Shown: positions 39,761 through 56,209, counted from the stretch's first letter. The stretch is 64,000 nt of DNA from the human T2T-CHM13v2.0 reference genome, Homo sapiens (GCF_009914755.1 NC_060932.1); one strand, 5' to 3'. Notes: generated by a model not told the origin, from the sequence alone. A program made the numbers and translations.

Positions 39761-41113
39761 GTTATCATGTCCTCCTCAACACCAATCACAGACATTGTTT
39801 CTACAACTTCTGACTCTGACCTTGTTTGATTCCAGTAATGTTTTCTTGCTCATTTCCAGTAAACCCTGTTTTCTTGATTTTCTTCTCAACATCGTCTATG
39901 TCCATGGCTATACTTAACCAAAGAAGAAAAGGCCACTGTGTTCTCGAAGTTATTGTATCTATTTATATCATGTCAGTGCCAGAAACTAAAAACAGAACAG
40001 GGTTTTGGACCCTGGTTTTGATTTCTGAAACTTCTAGAATGTGAGAAACTCTTGGGACACATCCAGAGTGAAGTTCTGATCCCCATGGTATGAGAAAGGG
40101 GTGTGCACAGCATAAAGGCTCAGCCAGAACCTGCCTGCTGCTTCACTGGGAGGTTTTAAATCAAGAGTTAAATGTATACAATGTGATAGTGGAATGTGCT
40201 GCACTCAAGCAAGAGACAGAAGCAGAGGGCCTGTCCATTCACACACACCCCTCCCAAGCTGGCACACCGTTCTGCATTCTACCCTTTTTGGTTTGACTTG
40301 ACTGAAGTAATTTTGTTTTTCTTAATCTTTCCACATGCAGGGGCCGTTTTTATGATTCCTGTCTCTCTTCTCCAATTCAGCTCTCAACCCTGGCCCTCAC
40401 ATTTTGAAAGTTTTTTTCCGGGGCTGTGGTGGGGGAGTCTAAAAACATATTTATTGAGTAATTTGTTTAATTCTCTTTTTTGGTAAACCTGCCAGATACA
40501 TTTACTAGCTAATTAGAGACTGGTCAACATTGGATCAACAGATTTCCTACTTGTATGTCTGAAAATTCCATGAAAATGCAAAGAAACTCTTTTTTAGTTG
40601 CCAGGCTTATTATTGGGTAAACATACTATTCCTATGTGTTTATTTTTATTTTAAAAAAGTTCTCTGGAACTCCACAGTTGGAGCCAGCAGGCAATATATA
40701 TCAGCACAACTAAAATAAATAAGATACAAAGATTACACAGGAATGGCTCAAACATCCTGGGCTTTTCTGTCTTTCCTTTCAAAAGTTCACCTGATTTCGT
40801 CAAAACACAGATACCCCTTGTTCACCCAAACCTATGGAATCAGAAACTCCAGGGGTGGACTCCTAGTGTTATTCAACAAGCTCCCCGGGGATTCTCACAC
40901 ACATCAAAGTAGAGAACATTTCATAAAACATTTTCTGCTTCAAAAAGGATGAGAGTTACAATTTAAGGCTGAAGGAGCAAGTGGTGGTCTACGTGAACAG
41001 GTCAGTGGTTTGATTCCACTCAGAGCTCCTGGGGGAAACCCACAACCACATTGGAAGAAGGGAGGTAGTTCAGCCAGGGACACAGAACTCTCTAGAAGAG
41101 GCCATAGCCCCTA

Positions 41114-41546
<433 letters not shown>

Positions 41547-41670
41547 TTAAGGTTGTGATATTCTGGTGTTTTGGCCCTGTCAGTTTTCTTATCCTCCCTC
41601 CCATTTCAACCCATGTATCTTCTGATAATCTGTGTTCCTTTTTTTTTGTTTTTTTTTTTTTTTTGCTTAC

Positions 41671-41801
41671 CTACTTCTGTGGCCACCACTTGTACCCGAT
41701 ATGGACTTCCGGCTTCTCTGTCCAATGGAGCCACACTAAAGATCTCACCAGTCACGTGGTCAATTTTAAGCCAACCTCTTGTGTCTCCCCTCAGTGAATA
41801 G
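41671..41801 (-). CDS. CDH17: CDH17 exon 14 (YSLRGDTRGW...LDRE...VATEV-G), 131 nt; contains the RGD motif (41783-41791)
   Basis: Manual translation; acceptor ...tttgatgaag (AAG), donor GTAAGC. Confidence 0.96.
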
Positions 41802-42269
41802 CTTCATCAAATGAAAAGAGCAAAAGAAAGCCTGCATTACTTTGCATGAAAATGTGAAGCTAGTTTGTGCGTCAACTAAATATGTTTGTGCATCCTTGAA
41901 ATATGTTGTAAATAATATACAAATGATAATGCTGAGATTATCATTATCAGCATTACTTGTATATTATTTAAAACATATTTAAAGGATCTATTATCTCATA
42001 TTATTAATGCTTTATTTGCATTTCATCTGTCTTCAAAAGGATTTGTTCATCCTTACAATGTGGTGTTTGTGCTTGTATTAGGAAGGGTATAGTTCACAAC
42101 TTCTGGGGAAAGTAGTTAAACTTTTCTGGCAATCAAAAACTCAAATTAAAGTAACCTGGAAGTATCTTTTAAAACCTCTTAGCAAACCACCCACCTAGAA
42201 AATTTGAACACCCAGTGGTGGAAACGTTGGGCGAGATGGGTGGATACTCATAGACCCTGGTAACACAGT

Positions 42270-43400
42270 GAATTCCTCATCCAACAAACATCTATTGAGT
42301 GCTGAGGAAGATCAGGCAGTGGGCCAAGGGAAGAGATCACAAAAAGGTGTTCTTAGGCAAGTGAGATAGACAGATAAACAGTTGATTCCAATAAAATGTG
42401 GTAAACACAACAGAGGGGGCCCTATGGAATCCAAGAGAAGTTTACAGGAATCAGCAAAGTCTTTCTGAAGTAGTAGATGTTTAAGGCAAGAAGAAGACGC
42501 TTCAAGTAGAAGGAAGAGTGTGAGATAAAGCACCAAGGGCCAAGGAACAGCATGGTGAGTGTGGGGTCAGGCATTTCAGCAGTGCTGGGGTATACTTGGG
42601 AAGCAGAAGGTGGCAAAAGGTGAAGCCACAGAGATTTGAAGAGCCAGATCACAAGAAGCAATGGGCAGCCAGCCAATGATTTAAGCAAGAAGGTGACCTG
42701 GCCATATTTGTGCTTTCAACGGAGCTCATTGGTAGGTGTTTGGAAGATGAAGTTGAGACAGACAAGACTAGAACCACAGGAAAACCAATGGTAGTCCTTT
42801 AAAAAGCAACACATCATAGTCATGAGGATGTCCATATCTTTAGACCAAATAATTTCACTCCTGGAAATGCTACCTAAAAAAACCCAATTTAATCAAAGTT
42901 TAAAAAGAATTACATGCATACATCTATTTAAAACATTTTCTATAATAAAAAATACTGGAAGCAACCTACATATCAAAGGACAAGAGAATCATTAAAAAAG
43001 TATGATGTGTTAATTTCCCACAATGTATTTTTTTAGTATATTCCATATGCCAAACACTGTGTTAGGTTATATACATGGGTAATGAGTATGAAACCCTTTA
43101 TACTTGGGATTTCATCCTGAAAGAGATGGAATGCTTTGGAGGGTTTTGAAAGAGGAGTCAGATGATCTGATTGACTTTTTTAAAAGGTCACTGACTGCAA
43201 TTCAGTGAGTAGATTCAGAGTGGGGTGGGGGACGGCAGGGGCAAGGACGAATCCAGAACAGACATGGTGGTGCCTTGGAGCAGGCTGGAAGCAGGGAGAA
43301 GCAGGTGGATTCTGAATATATTTCAATAAAAGAATCTATAATATTTGCTGAAGGATTGGATTCAAATCCATTGGGTGCTAACAGATTTTAAGTTTGTGGA
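42270..43400. mobile_element. L2 fragments
   Basis: catccaacaaacatctattgagtgc; ttttaaaaggtcactgactgc...gtggattctgaatatattt. Confidence 0.55.
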
Positions 43401-44794
43401 GCTGGAGAATTAAATTACTCAGACCAACACTGGAGTCATCCTTAATTCTTAACAGACTTATTACTCATGTCTGAACTATTGATTATTCCTTACTCCTGAA
43501 ACACTTTCTTCATTTGTCTTCTGGAATTGTACCTTACAGAACACCTCTTCTCAGTCTCCCTTGCTAACCTCCTCTTCCTGACCTCAACTTAATGGTATAT
43601 GTATCCTTTCCTTGTTTCATCACAGTAATTTTCTTACATGCCTTTATTTTTCCCACTGATAAACTTTTTATTCACGTCTTTGACCAATGGTTTTTATAGC
43701 ATTTTCATGAAGAAGATAGGAACTTTTGTTAAATAAATGGTATAAAGATTAAAAACATTTTGTGTCTTCTCATAATTTTTGACCCAGTAGTATCTACACT
43801 AAACCATACAGTATATCCCCTACTGTTCTTTCTTCTCTGTAAAACTACAGAAGTAGTTAGAGTAAAACTGCAGGTGGTAACTTTGCTTCTCAATGATCAG
43901 ATAAAGGTCTTAGAAGTGAATCCAAGTGCCTGAAGGACAGCTCAATGGGAGGCAAGACTCCCTCCAGATGTTTAGAGAAACTTAAGGAATTGTCTGCCAT
44001 TCATAGCCACACGCGTGATTTAAGTCATGCTGAAATATTTCCTATGCCATAGACAGGAGGTGTAATGTACAACAGCAGCGAAAGATCTGAGTTCAAGTCT
44101 TAACTACATGATCTTAAAGATTTTATAGATATTATACAGATATATACAAACATATATTTCTTAAGTTAATCATCATTGTACTTTTTAAGGCAAATCTGTG
44201 TGGGTCTTACTGAACTGAAAAAAAGGAATTGCTAAGATGGAAATATTTACACATTTTGTTTAGCCACCTCAGCCAGAGCACCAGCTTCTCCAGGGGTGCC
44301 CTAGATCAGCTCTTTGGAGCCAAGGAACCTATGTATCCTACATCCAGAAGATTCCCTCAGCCCTGTAAGTTGGCATGGTCTGTCCAATTGGGCTTTGGTC
44401 TCTGTCTAGAACTCCAATACACCTTTAGGGCTGGAACCCTTTCCTAAACCCTAGCCTAGATAACAGGCTTAGACACAGGGCCTGGTTATTCTAGTCTCTC
44501 AGAGGTGAACCTCACTTCCTGAACCATCCAGCTCTCAGCTGGGACCTGAAGCTCATGGGCTGGAATGGAACCTCATGCTGCTTCCCACTTGTCTGAGCCT
44601 AGATGGTTATTGATGAACCACCATCCCTTGGAATGCCCCCAGGGTGTTGACAGCTTCCTAAACCAAAGCCAATTTCATCATTGCTGGGTATGCTGTGAGG
44701 GTCAGCCCTGGAGTCAGTGCAGGCCAGCTCCTCCTCCTCCCCATTGGCTTTGGTGACCACGCAGCCAGGCCTGCCCAGCACTGTTGCCCTTTAC

Positions 44795-45039
44795 CTTATG
44801 TCCAGACCTTCTGGATCCTTGGCAGTCACATTGCCCACTTTAGTGCCTATAGCTACATCCTCACTGACTTTCGCTTGGAATACGTGTTGGGAAAATTGAG
44901 GTGCTTCATTCACATCTGTCACAATAAGCGTGAACTTGGCAAAAGAACTTGCATTGTACTTCACACCAAACACTAGAGGCTCAGGATTTTCTGCTTTGAA
45001 CACAATGTTGGAAACAGCTGCTGTTTCAAAATCAAGAGG
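44795..45039 (-). CDS. CDH17: CDH17 exon 13 (PLDFETAA...DVNEAP...PEGLDI-S), 245 nt
   Basis: ORF track 44791..45099; acceptor cag, donor GTAAAG. Confidence 0.97.
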
Positions 45040-45129
45040 CTGTGTAGGAGAAAGAGAGAAAATTAATTTTGGGGTGATTAGCTCCCTTAAAAGATTCATT
45101 CCCTATCCTTCTTAAACTCTCATATATTC

Positions 45130-47090
<1,961 letters not shown>

Positions 47091-49719
47091 CAAACTTTCA
47101 TAGCAGTGGTTCTCAATCGAGTGTCAGCAAAAACCTTCTCAGAATGATTACAGAGCCATGAAAGAGTCTTTTCTGCAGGTCTTACCAGAGCTTGCACTAC
47201 GCTAATATGTCTTAGAAGAGGAACTGGAACACGGAAGTCCTCAAATTTATTTAACTGTGGGACACTTCATTTATTCAACAGAAATGTATTGATTCTCCCA
47301 AGACATTCTCAGGTGACAGCTTGAGAAATGCTTACATAGAGATTTCCATTTTTTATGGGAAATGATTTTCCAAGGGCCTCAAAACTCAAGCCCCCAAATC
47401 AAAGATTTTAAACTCATGGAGGATGGGAAAGGGAAACAGAGATGACAGATGATCTGCTGAGGACATGCCAGATGGAACCAGGAATGAACATCAAGAAACC
47501 AATTTTGGTTTAATATGAGGCAGAATTTAACAGGGCTACCCAAGAGTACTCCCCCTCTTCAGGAGTGGGCTTACTGCTGTCTTCTCCGTGTCGGCTTCCT
47601 GATCCCTACATTCCATCCTCAAACTGACAAGCTGCACATCCTGTGCAGTCTCATAGCACCTAATAGATCTAAGTGTTGATGTATTTTAGATCTTCACTGA
47701 CCCTAAGCTCCATGAGAAGAAGAACTGCATCATATTCATCTTTGCTTCTCATCTCTTCCCTGACACATAGTGCCCACAGTGGGCTGGTCAGGAACTACAA
47801 AGACCAGGAAGGCCTGGTCCTTGAGGGCCTCCATGGAGAGGAGATTCTGGAGAACATCCCCACCTTCCAGAATCCCCTTTCCCGCATGCATGCACCAACA
47901 CACACCATCATGACTCACTCTCTAGTTCATAAGTGCTGTGGGACAATTTTTCACGTAGAAGGGTGGGAACTGTGTGTGAAGACTCGGGGTTGAGAAAGAA
48001 GAATCAATTGAAATTTGTTCAAATATATAAGAGATAAAATCATGTAAGCCAGCTAAGTGTGAAAAAAGAGGTTGTTCATAGTGATAAGCACCCACTGTCT
48101 GCAGGGCCTGGCCCTCGTCGACCTCGTGACGTGGTCCAATACACGTCACGTGGTCCACGGTTCAATTAGGGCTTCTCCCCCTGAAGTAGAGGTGGGGAGA
48201 ACAAGCTGGAGTTTCTCACTCACAGGACCCACTCCCAGTCTCAGGGGATGACAGAACTGTCCAGTTGAGATAAAAGCCTAGTAGACCAAGCAGGAAGGCA
48301 GCAGCCCCCAGAATGAGCCTGTGATGGGGACAAAGGACACAGCTCTCTGTTCCTATCCAGTCCAGCAAAGTCCGGGCCCAGGCAGGCAGCACAGTTGTCC
48401 ATATGCTCAGACAGAGCACATGCATCCATCCTCACCACCAAGCAGGTCCTAAGCACCCTCCCTGGCTTTTCCTCATCCCATCACTGTGGCCCCAGAGGCA
48501 ATGGTTTAAAGAAATGAGACACTGTGTGTGCAAATGAGAAGCAGCCTGTATTACCAGAAGAGAACGTGCAAGGCTGACAGTGGAAAGACAAGACTGTACG
48601 GCGAGCTGAGGAGTTGGAACTTCATCCTTGACTAACAAGGTCAGATGTGTGTCTTAGAAAGATAACTCCAGGAGCAGCTACATGGGGGATGGATTCGAGG
48701 TGATCCACACTGGGGCGGGAAGACTAGCTAGAAGGCAGTGTCAGTGTTCCCTAAACACTGGATGGAAGAACAAATGAAAAGCAGCAGCCTGCCATTGAGG
48801 ATTCTATCCGCATAACTTCCACACCTGGAAAAACATCAAACCAAATCTTCTGGAGAAATCATTATAAACGGAAGATGCTAAATTAGCACATGGTAATAAG
48901 CAGAGCTGAGCCAAGAACAAGCCTTGTCCGGCCACGTGCATTGTGTTTCATGACCTGGGGATATGACTGTGAGGCCAAGTCAAGAGACCCGTCACTGCCT
49001 CTTGGAATGGCCTCAGTCCCATCTGGCAAGACATATTCAAGTTAACTGAAAAAACCTGCTCATACCACGATTCCTTTTGTGCACAAAACCGCCTGAAAGG
49101 TCAAACCTAGAGATTTAGATTCAACCTGGAGGCAAAGAAAATGCTGAAGGAGAGGGGTTGAGACTGGGATATTTACAATTTTCACTAGCGATCACTGATG
49201 ATATCAAAGTGTGCACATTAGTTTTCCAGATGACATTTGGTCTGGTTAAAAATAGCTAGTGAACTGAGAATTCAAAAGGATCAGCCATAGTAGAGAAGTG
49301 ACAAAATTTGCAAGTTAAAATAAGGCAGAACCCTGAATTTCAAGAAACAGGATCTCAGGAGAGTTATTGTTGAGCCAGGCAGGGCTCAAAGAAATAGCTT
49401 TCCTGCTCATGACACACGTTTGGCCCCAAGAGCATGATAACCAAGCACACGAGAGGCTGGAGCTTGGGCAGAAGTAAATACAGAGCAGGGAGCATTTCTG
49501 ACAGTTGTTTAATCTGAAGGATTGCTTTGGGCACTTGCCAAAATTACTCATTTCCAGGCTTTCCCCTTGAGAGGCTGAGGCCGCAGTCCTCAGTATGCAC
49601 CATCTGACTCTTGAATTAGGCAAGTTTGGCCCCCTTAGGCAACAGGGGAAAGCATACCTGTCCGCAGGTAGAATCCTAGCTCTAATTAATTAGAATCAAG
49701 TGATGCCACGTGTTTAAGT

Positions 49720-50020
49720 CTGCAAGCTGCTGGATGCTGTGTTAGGAACTATACACATACTTTTGCATTTAATTCTTCAACATCCTTACTAGAAAGGTGC
49801 TACCATTTTACCCATTTTTACAGATTGGAAAACTGGGGCCTGAGAGGTTACATCATTTGGTCAAGGCCACAAGCTAGTAAGTGGCAACACCAGGACTCAC
49901 AGAAATTATTTCCTGAGAGGAGGTGGAGGCCTGGAGTCAAGTTCCCGGCTCTGCCATCACCAGAAGGCCTGACTGTACCTTGCTGTGGGCCTGAATTTCT
50001 GCCTCCCTCAGAATCAGTGG
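49720..50020. mobile_element. MIR fragments
   Basis: cccattttacagattggaaaactgggg...aaggccacaagctagtaagtggc. Confidence 0.7.
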
Positions 50021-50558
50021 GAGAAGCAAGAGAGTTTATGCAAACAAACTATAGTTGCCACGTATGAGTCCCTCAGTGAATTTTACCTGTGATTAGCACA
50101 TTTGTAATTCAGATGAACTGTTAATGATATAATTGTGATTAACAAACTTAAACTTTTAAAAATTATTAACACAGTGGTTCAGAACAGTGGTAGTCCCTTG
50201 ATGGCTTAATAGGCAAGGACTTAGAAGACAAAGCCATACATAAAAAACCAAATTATATAGTCTATAAAACACTTCAATAACAAATAGTATGGCTACATAC
50301 ATTTGTTATATTTTTATTCTATATCCTAGTGGGGAATTGGCTAACATTTGGTGTGTCCTAATCAAGAATCCACAGCCCAGGGTTGGTTGTTGCTTAGCAT
50401 CTGAAAGAACCTAATCCGAGATCTATATCCCAGAGGTAGCTATGATAGTCCTTCAGCCAACACTATCTCAATTAGAACTAGAAAGTTTGTTAATTAGCAA
50501 AGTGATCTTACAAATAAATTTTCTTGGTGATATGAGTGGTGTCCAAGATATGCACTTT

Positions 50559-50857
<299 letters not shown>

Positions 50858-52490
50858 TTAGTCATTGTGAACAGGAGTATAGATATCTGGCCTGGCCAGC
50901 AGATTGTACCCTGCAGAGTTCCAGGGCTCAGTTCTGTTCTGCCAGTTATCACCTGCCTCTGGATGGTTGAACAAATCCACTTGCTCAAGGACAGTTATCA
51001 CAGTGCCCAAGGGACAGAGAGCTGGGATGTCACAGGCCTAAAGCACAGGTTCGATGATCACTTATGTGTCTGCTTGTTCATAATTGTATATGGGACAGAA
51101 TTCATTTATTCATTAAGTCAAGCAATATTTATTGAACCTCTAATATATGCCAGGAGACATAATAGACACTTGAAATAGAACCACATATAAAGTAAGGATG
51201 TGACAAAGAGTTTGGTCAGAGGCCTACTCTACTGTAGCATACCTCTCGTGTCAAGTTGTGAGGGAGGATACTTACAGCTCTCACCCACAGCTAATCATTG
51301 AGATAGGTGCCAACATCTCCCTAAAAGGGCCCATTAACCACAAATGGCCAAGTTAAACTGCTGTTCAAAAAAATATGACATACGGGCCTTGTTCATACTG
51401 GGATGGATGGGCCTCTATCTTCCCTTAGATTCCTAGAGAGCTCTGGTCCTGCAAAAGGATAAAAGGAAGCTGCCCCCGTCACCTGCAAAGGAACACACCA
51501 ACCCACTGCAAGCTCTGAAAACTGCCCTTTCCTTTATCCTTTCTTTCTGTGGTATTCTCTCTCCATGCAGACTGCTGTGAGCACAAGGGGAGGTTGTCAT
51601 GGTACCTTTTCCAAATGTCAGACTCACACACAAGGCTAAGGCTTTGAGCTGGTCCACAGCAACCTCTCTGCTGAAATGCAGCAGGGCCCTTGGTTCAAGC
51701 TGGAATGTTTGGTAACAGTAGGATCACAATTCCAAGGCTCTGTCCTAGGGCTTGCTTCAGCACTAGTGCTTTTTTCTCTGTGCTTCTGTCCATTTTCTGT
51801 GAAATTATTCTATTTTGTCTTCATTTTTAGCCTCTTTCAGTTTTCTTTTATTCTGGCTCAAAACTGTACTCCAGAGCTTTCCTTTGCAGCTTCCAGCACA
51901 CTGCACTGCAAACCTTAAACAATTAGCCACCCTTGCAGATTCTCTCTGGCCCTTTTTAACAGCGAGGTTTCACTCTCTTTCCTAGGAAAGTATCTTAACT
52001 GTAAGTACATTGGACGGCATTGAGTGCTGCTTCCAATTGAGTCATCTGGTAAACCCATGACATGCTCTAAACACAGATGAGGCAGCCACAGAGAAAAGAG
52101 TCAAGATTCAGGTATACATGGCAGGGGACAGGAGTAGATTGAGGGAGGGTTGGGAGAATCCTGTACAAAGAGACAGGAACCAAGGTAATTAAGACTTTGA
52201 CTCCAGATTATCCAGTCCTTACAGAGGGAGAGACAGAATGAGAGCCCGTGGGCTTAGCAATACAGTAAAAGGTGAAAGTAAAGCAGCGGAGAGGGGGATT
52301 AAAAAGACACTTGTCTATTAAACCTTGGAAGGAGACCCAGCAGTTGCATTATTCAAAAGGTATCTCTGCCTGGCACATTAGAATAAAGGGTTTACAGCCT
52401 AAAAGGCCCATGGGGTCATCCAACCCAACTCCTCACATTTGCAAAGGGGGAAGTGAAAGCGAGACCCTGAGTGCCACTCCCAGACCGTAA

Positions 52491-52670
52491 GAGTGTTGCG
52501 AGATTTAGCAAATAGCAAATAAAAACATAGAACACCAAGTTCGATTTGAAGTTCAGATAAATGACAAACAAGTTTTTAGTATAAGTGCATCCCAAATATT
52601 GCATAGAACACACTTATACTAAAAAATTGTTCATCCTGCATTTTATATATTTTATATGACGTTACCTCCC
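52491..52670. mobile_element. MER53 palindromic hAT element
   Basis: agatttagcaaat...tttttagtataagt...acttatactaaaaa internal inverted repeat. Confidence 0.75.
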
Positions 52671-52897
52671 TGCAAAAGTTACTTGGCTAGCTAGCAACAG
52701 AGCCAGGTCTAGAATCCTGACTTCCCGTCTGTCAGGAAGACAGGAACGACTAAGAGGAATCCAGGAATCCAGGAACCCATCACCATGCCTGAGAGATGGC
52801 TGCTAATACATCACCTCTGCTTATAGGTCTTCACACTGTCATTAGTAAATTAACCCACAAACAAAGACAAATTCTATTAAATAAATGGGCTATTTAC

Positions 52898-53089
52898 CTT
52901 TTTAATTATGACATATCCGGTGTTGGTATGGGGATCTGTGTCAACCCCCAGGCGTCCCTCACTGTCTCCCTTTATGATATGATACAGAATTTTAGAACTC
53001 CCAGTAAATGGCTCATCAGCATCAGTGGCCTGGATGGTTAAGATGGTGGACCCAATGTTTGTGTCTTCAGCAAGAGTCAGGTTTCCATA
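52898..53089 (-). CDS. CDH17: CDH17 exon 12 (YGNLTLAEDT...ATDAD...GYVIIKK), 192 nt
   Basis: Acceptor ccttag, donor GTAAAT; 64 codons; cadherin A-x-D-x-D motif. Confidence 0.97.
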
Positions 53090-53389
53090 CTAAGGAGAAA
53101 ATGGAGAAGGAAACAATGAGAAGGTCTGCTGTCATCAAAGCCAAAGGACAAACTTATCTCTCTGGTTTCAGAATAGACACAAGTCATAGTTTGCATCAAT
53201 CTTCATGGGGCATGTTTTTTCCTATTGATGAATATATTGCAGTTGATTTTAACATCAGTCATACTCATGAGCTGATATCCATTGTACCAAAGAACGCAAT
53301 ACCTCAGAGAGCTACTGGTAGGATTCTAAAACAAATTCCCCCTCCCATATCCAATTTGTTTAATAACTTAATTATTGTAGTAGTAATGA

Positions 53390-53885
53390 TATAAATAGCC
53401 ACCATGTATTGAGTATCTATCAGGTGGTAGGCACTTTATATACATTATTTAATTAATTCTTAAATCAACCAATGAATAGAGGTTGATTAAAAGCTTGAAC
53501 TTTGGAGTTAAACAGCCTGAATATGAATTGTAGGCTTGCTTCTTATTAGTTGAGTGGCTTGAAGCAAGTTACTTCACTTCTTTAAGTGTCAGTTTCATCA
53601 TCTGTCCAATGGAGACAATAGTAATAGAACCTACTTCATGTTTGCTGTGGGTGTTAAGGGAGACAATGCATGTAAAGCTCCTAAATTCTTGGCACATAGT
53701 AAGTGCTCAATAAAGAAAATCAACAAAACACCTTACGGAGTAGTTATGTTACCATCTCCACTTACGAGGAGCAAAGGCTTGGAGAAGTAAAACCCACCAA
53801 GGGTCACACAGCTAGTGGGTCAAAGGGATTGGGATTCAAAGCCATGTTTGTGCAACTCCAAAGCCTATGCTCTTGAACACTGGCC
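53390..53885. mobile_element. Nested MIR fragments
   Basis: aagttacttcacttctttaagtgtcagtttcatcatctgt...; aagggtcacacagctagt. Confidence 0.7.
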
Positions 53886-55012
53886 TAGACCATCTCCCAC
53901 TCCACTGAAAATCCCCCAGATTATCTCTCTTGGCATCATGATCCTAAAGAAGGTTATAAGTAGGTCTCAGAAGAGAGGACCACAGCATTGAAACAAGCAG
54001 GTTCACTCTCTGTAGCCAGATTAGTATTTAAGCTCTGAGACCTCAAGTGCAGGATTCTTACCCTCAATCTAAAAAACACTGTCTCGATAAAAGGCGAGGA
54101 GGTCACAAAGTTAGGAAAGGATCAAAAGCCCAAGAGAATGGAGGCTGAGAAGAAATGGGTTATTTGATGCCTGCTGAACCTCAGTGCCTGTTATACAAGA
54201 CATATCCACTCACACCTCTTCCCACCCCTAGCCCCCTCATAAATCAATTCCCTTCTTTGTTGCAGGCTTGTCCCTATTTTGATTTATGAACATCATCACA
54301 GGGCTCTGGGCTGCCTCATAACTGACTTCAAAAATAACATAACAGTCTAGTCAAATAGGCTTCTTGCTCCTTCAAAATAGAGACTTCCCTCCTTAGGGAA
54401 ACAATGATAAAGTCATCACCAAGTCTGAACGCCCTATCGATGACAAGAAAACAGTAATTTGCATTTTTCTTGAGGTTCTAAATTGACTTTTTTCTTTCTG
54501 TCCAGTTCTAATTCTCTCAAATGTCTTGGGCACATTTTTCTTTGGCTTAAGTCAGAGATTAATTTTTTTCTTCTCCCTTTCTCTTACCCAATTATTACAA
54601 ATTAAATCGCCAATATTCCAAATATTAAATTTTTGGCTAAAAATGCTTGAGACCTAGCAGTAAATCTATTTATTGTCCTAACACAAAAAAATATATAATG
54701 ACAAACTGTAAGCCGCCATTCACCTTTTTTCAATTTGACAAAGATTGTGGTTGTTGTTTTTAAGCAGCCCTTGGAATAAATGAGCTATTGGCAGGAGTTT
54801 ATAAATGAATGTTCCCAGACACCTGTAATAGTAAATGTTATTGTTCCCCAAAAAGTTCCACTGAAGATGGCATCTGGGTTATTTGTGCACTGACCAAGGT
54901 TACCTGTTAAGTCTGGCACTTTTCCTAGCTACTGTCTGTGTCTCTATCCCAGAAGAAAGGGTGAAGTAAAATGAATAAAGTAAAGAAAAAACAAATAATG
55001 ACAACTACTCAC

Positions 55013-55089
55013 ATCTGATTTTTCAAAGATGGGGATCTGATCATTGATATCAATAACGTTGATTTGCACAAAACAAAGGGTCTTGAAAT
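55013..55089 (-). CDS. CDH17: CDH17 exon 11 (DFKTLCFVQINVIDINDQIPIFEKSD), 77 nt
   Basis: Acceptor ttttcag, donor GTGAGT at 55007-55012; DIND motif. Confidence 0.96.
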
Positions 55090-56209
55090 CTGAAAACCAA
55101 AGTCATATGTCATAGAAATTTTCACTGAAAACCATGCATTAATATCAGAAATCTGCAAGAAAATACTTGGCAAGTGAAGTGACAGCCATAGCCACAATTT
55201 TGCAATTGACATGCAATTTGTGCAGAGAGTGGGCTCTCTGTTTCCCACCTGTACCCAAGTGGTCACCAAGTGTGGGGCAGGGTGGCTAAAGACAGATCTA
55301 AGAGAGATTTTTCTAGGTTTTTCATTGCCGTCCACCTGCTGTCCTCCTAAGTAAAGTTAGGTAAGGTTTGTTCCTGAGCAGGATGGCTTCCTTTTGTGAA
55401 GCAGTCTTTTTCTGACTAGTGAAACTTATGTAATCTTCAAAGTCCAGAGCAAAACTGTCCTTCCAGAAAGCCTTCTGTGAGCATCCCAGTGGCTGTCTCT
55501 CCTTCTCTGAACACATCCAACCTACATCTGCTCTGACTACTATGATGGTGAGGTCCAAGGGCCTGCTCTCTTCTATCTAAATAAGGGAGGAACTACCACC
55601 ATTGGCCTGTTCACAAGAGTCTGGCTACCCAGCCTGCAGGAAGCAAGGTGGGGACAGAGGTAGCTCCTGGAACCCTGGAGAAATCACCCAGGCTTTCAGG
55701 GATGGGTTTCACAATTCCAAGACCTAGGCACACAGCCACTTCAGCTAGATTCCAGATGTGTGTGGAGTGCAGGTGGGGACAGGATGCCTGGGGGAGAGAG
55801 AACAAGAGATAAAATGACAGGTTCTTTGTTGGGTTGCTGTTGTTCTAACCATGGTGCACTGCACTGTATAATGGTTAAGACTCTGGGCTTGGAATTCACT
55901 GTTTGGACTCTGGCTCTGCCACTTAGCATGTATGTGAGAGCTTGGGTGCCTCACTCAATTTATCTGTAAACTGTGAATAACAGAACAGATGTTTTCATCA
56001 TAATACAGTTGTTAGCGGCCTCTATATAGCAGCAACTGTATTGTTTACCCGAGTTACTCATTCATCTTCATGATAACTTCATGTTGTAGGTGCTACTGTC
56101 ATTCCCATTTAATTAACAGATGAGGAAGCCAGGGAATAGAGAAGTTCAGGTAACCTAACCAGGGTCACACAACTAACTAGTGATGGAGCCAGGATTCAAA
56201 CCCAGAGGT

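Noticed and set aside
47673-47993. Protein-looking 106-aa ORF antisense to CDH17
   Set aside because: It starts in an L2-like remnant with a non-ATG start, and I recognise no homology.
52573-52626. Long inverted repeat tttttagtataagt/acttatactaaaaa
   Set aside because: Intrinsic to MER53.
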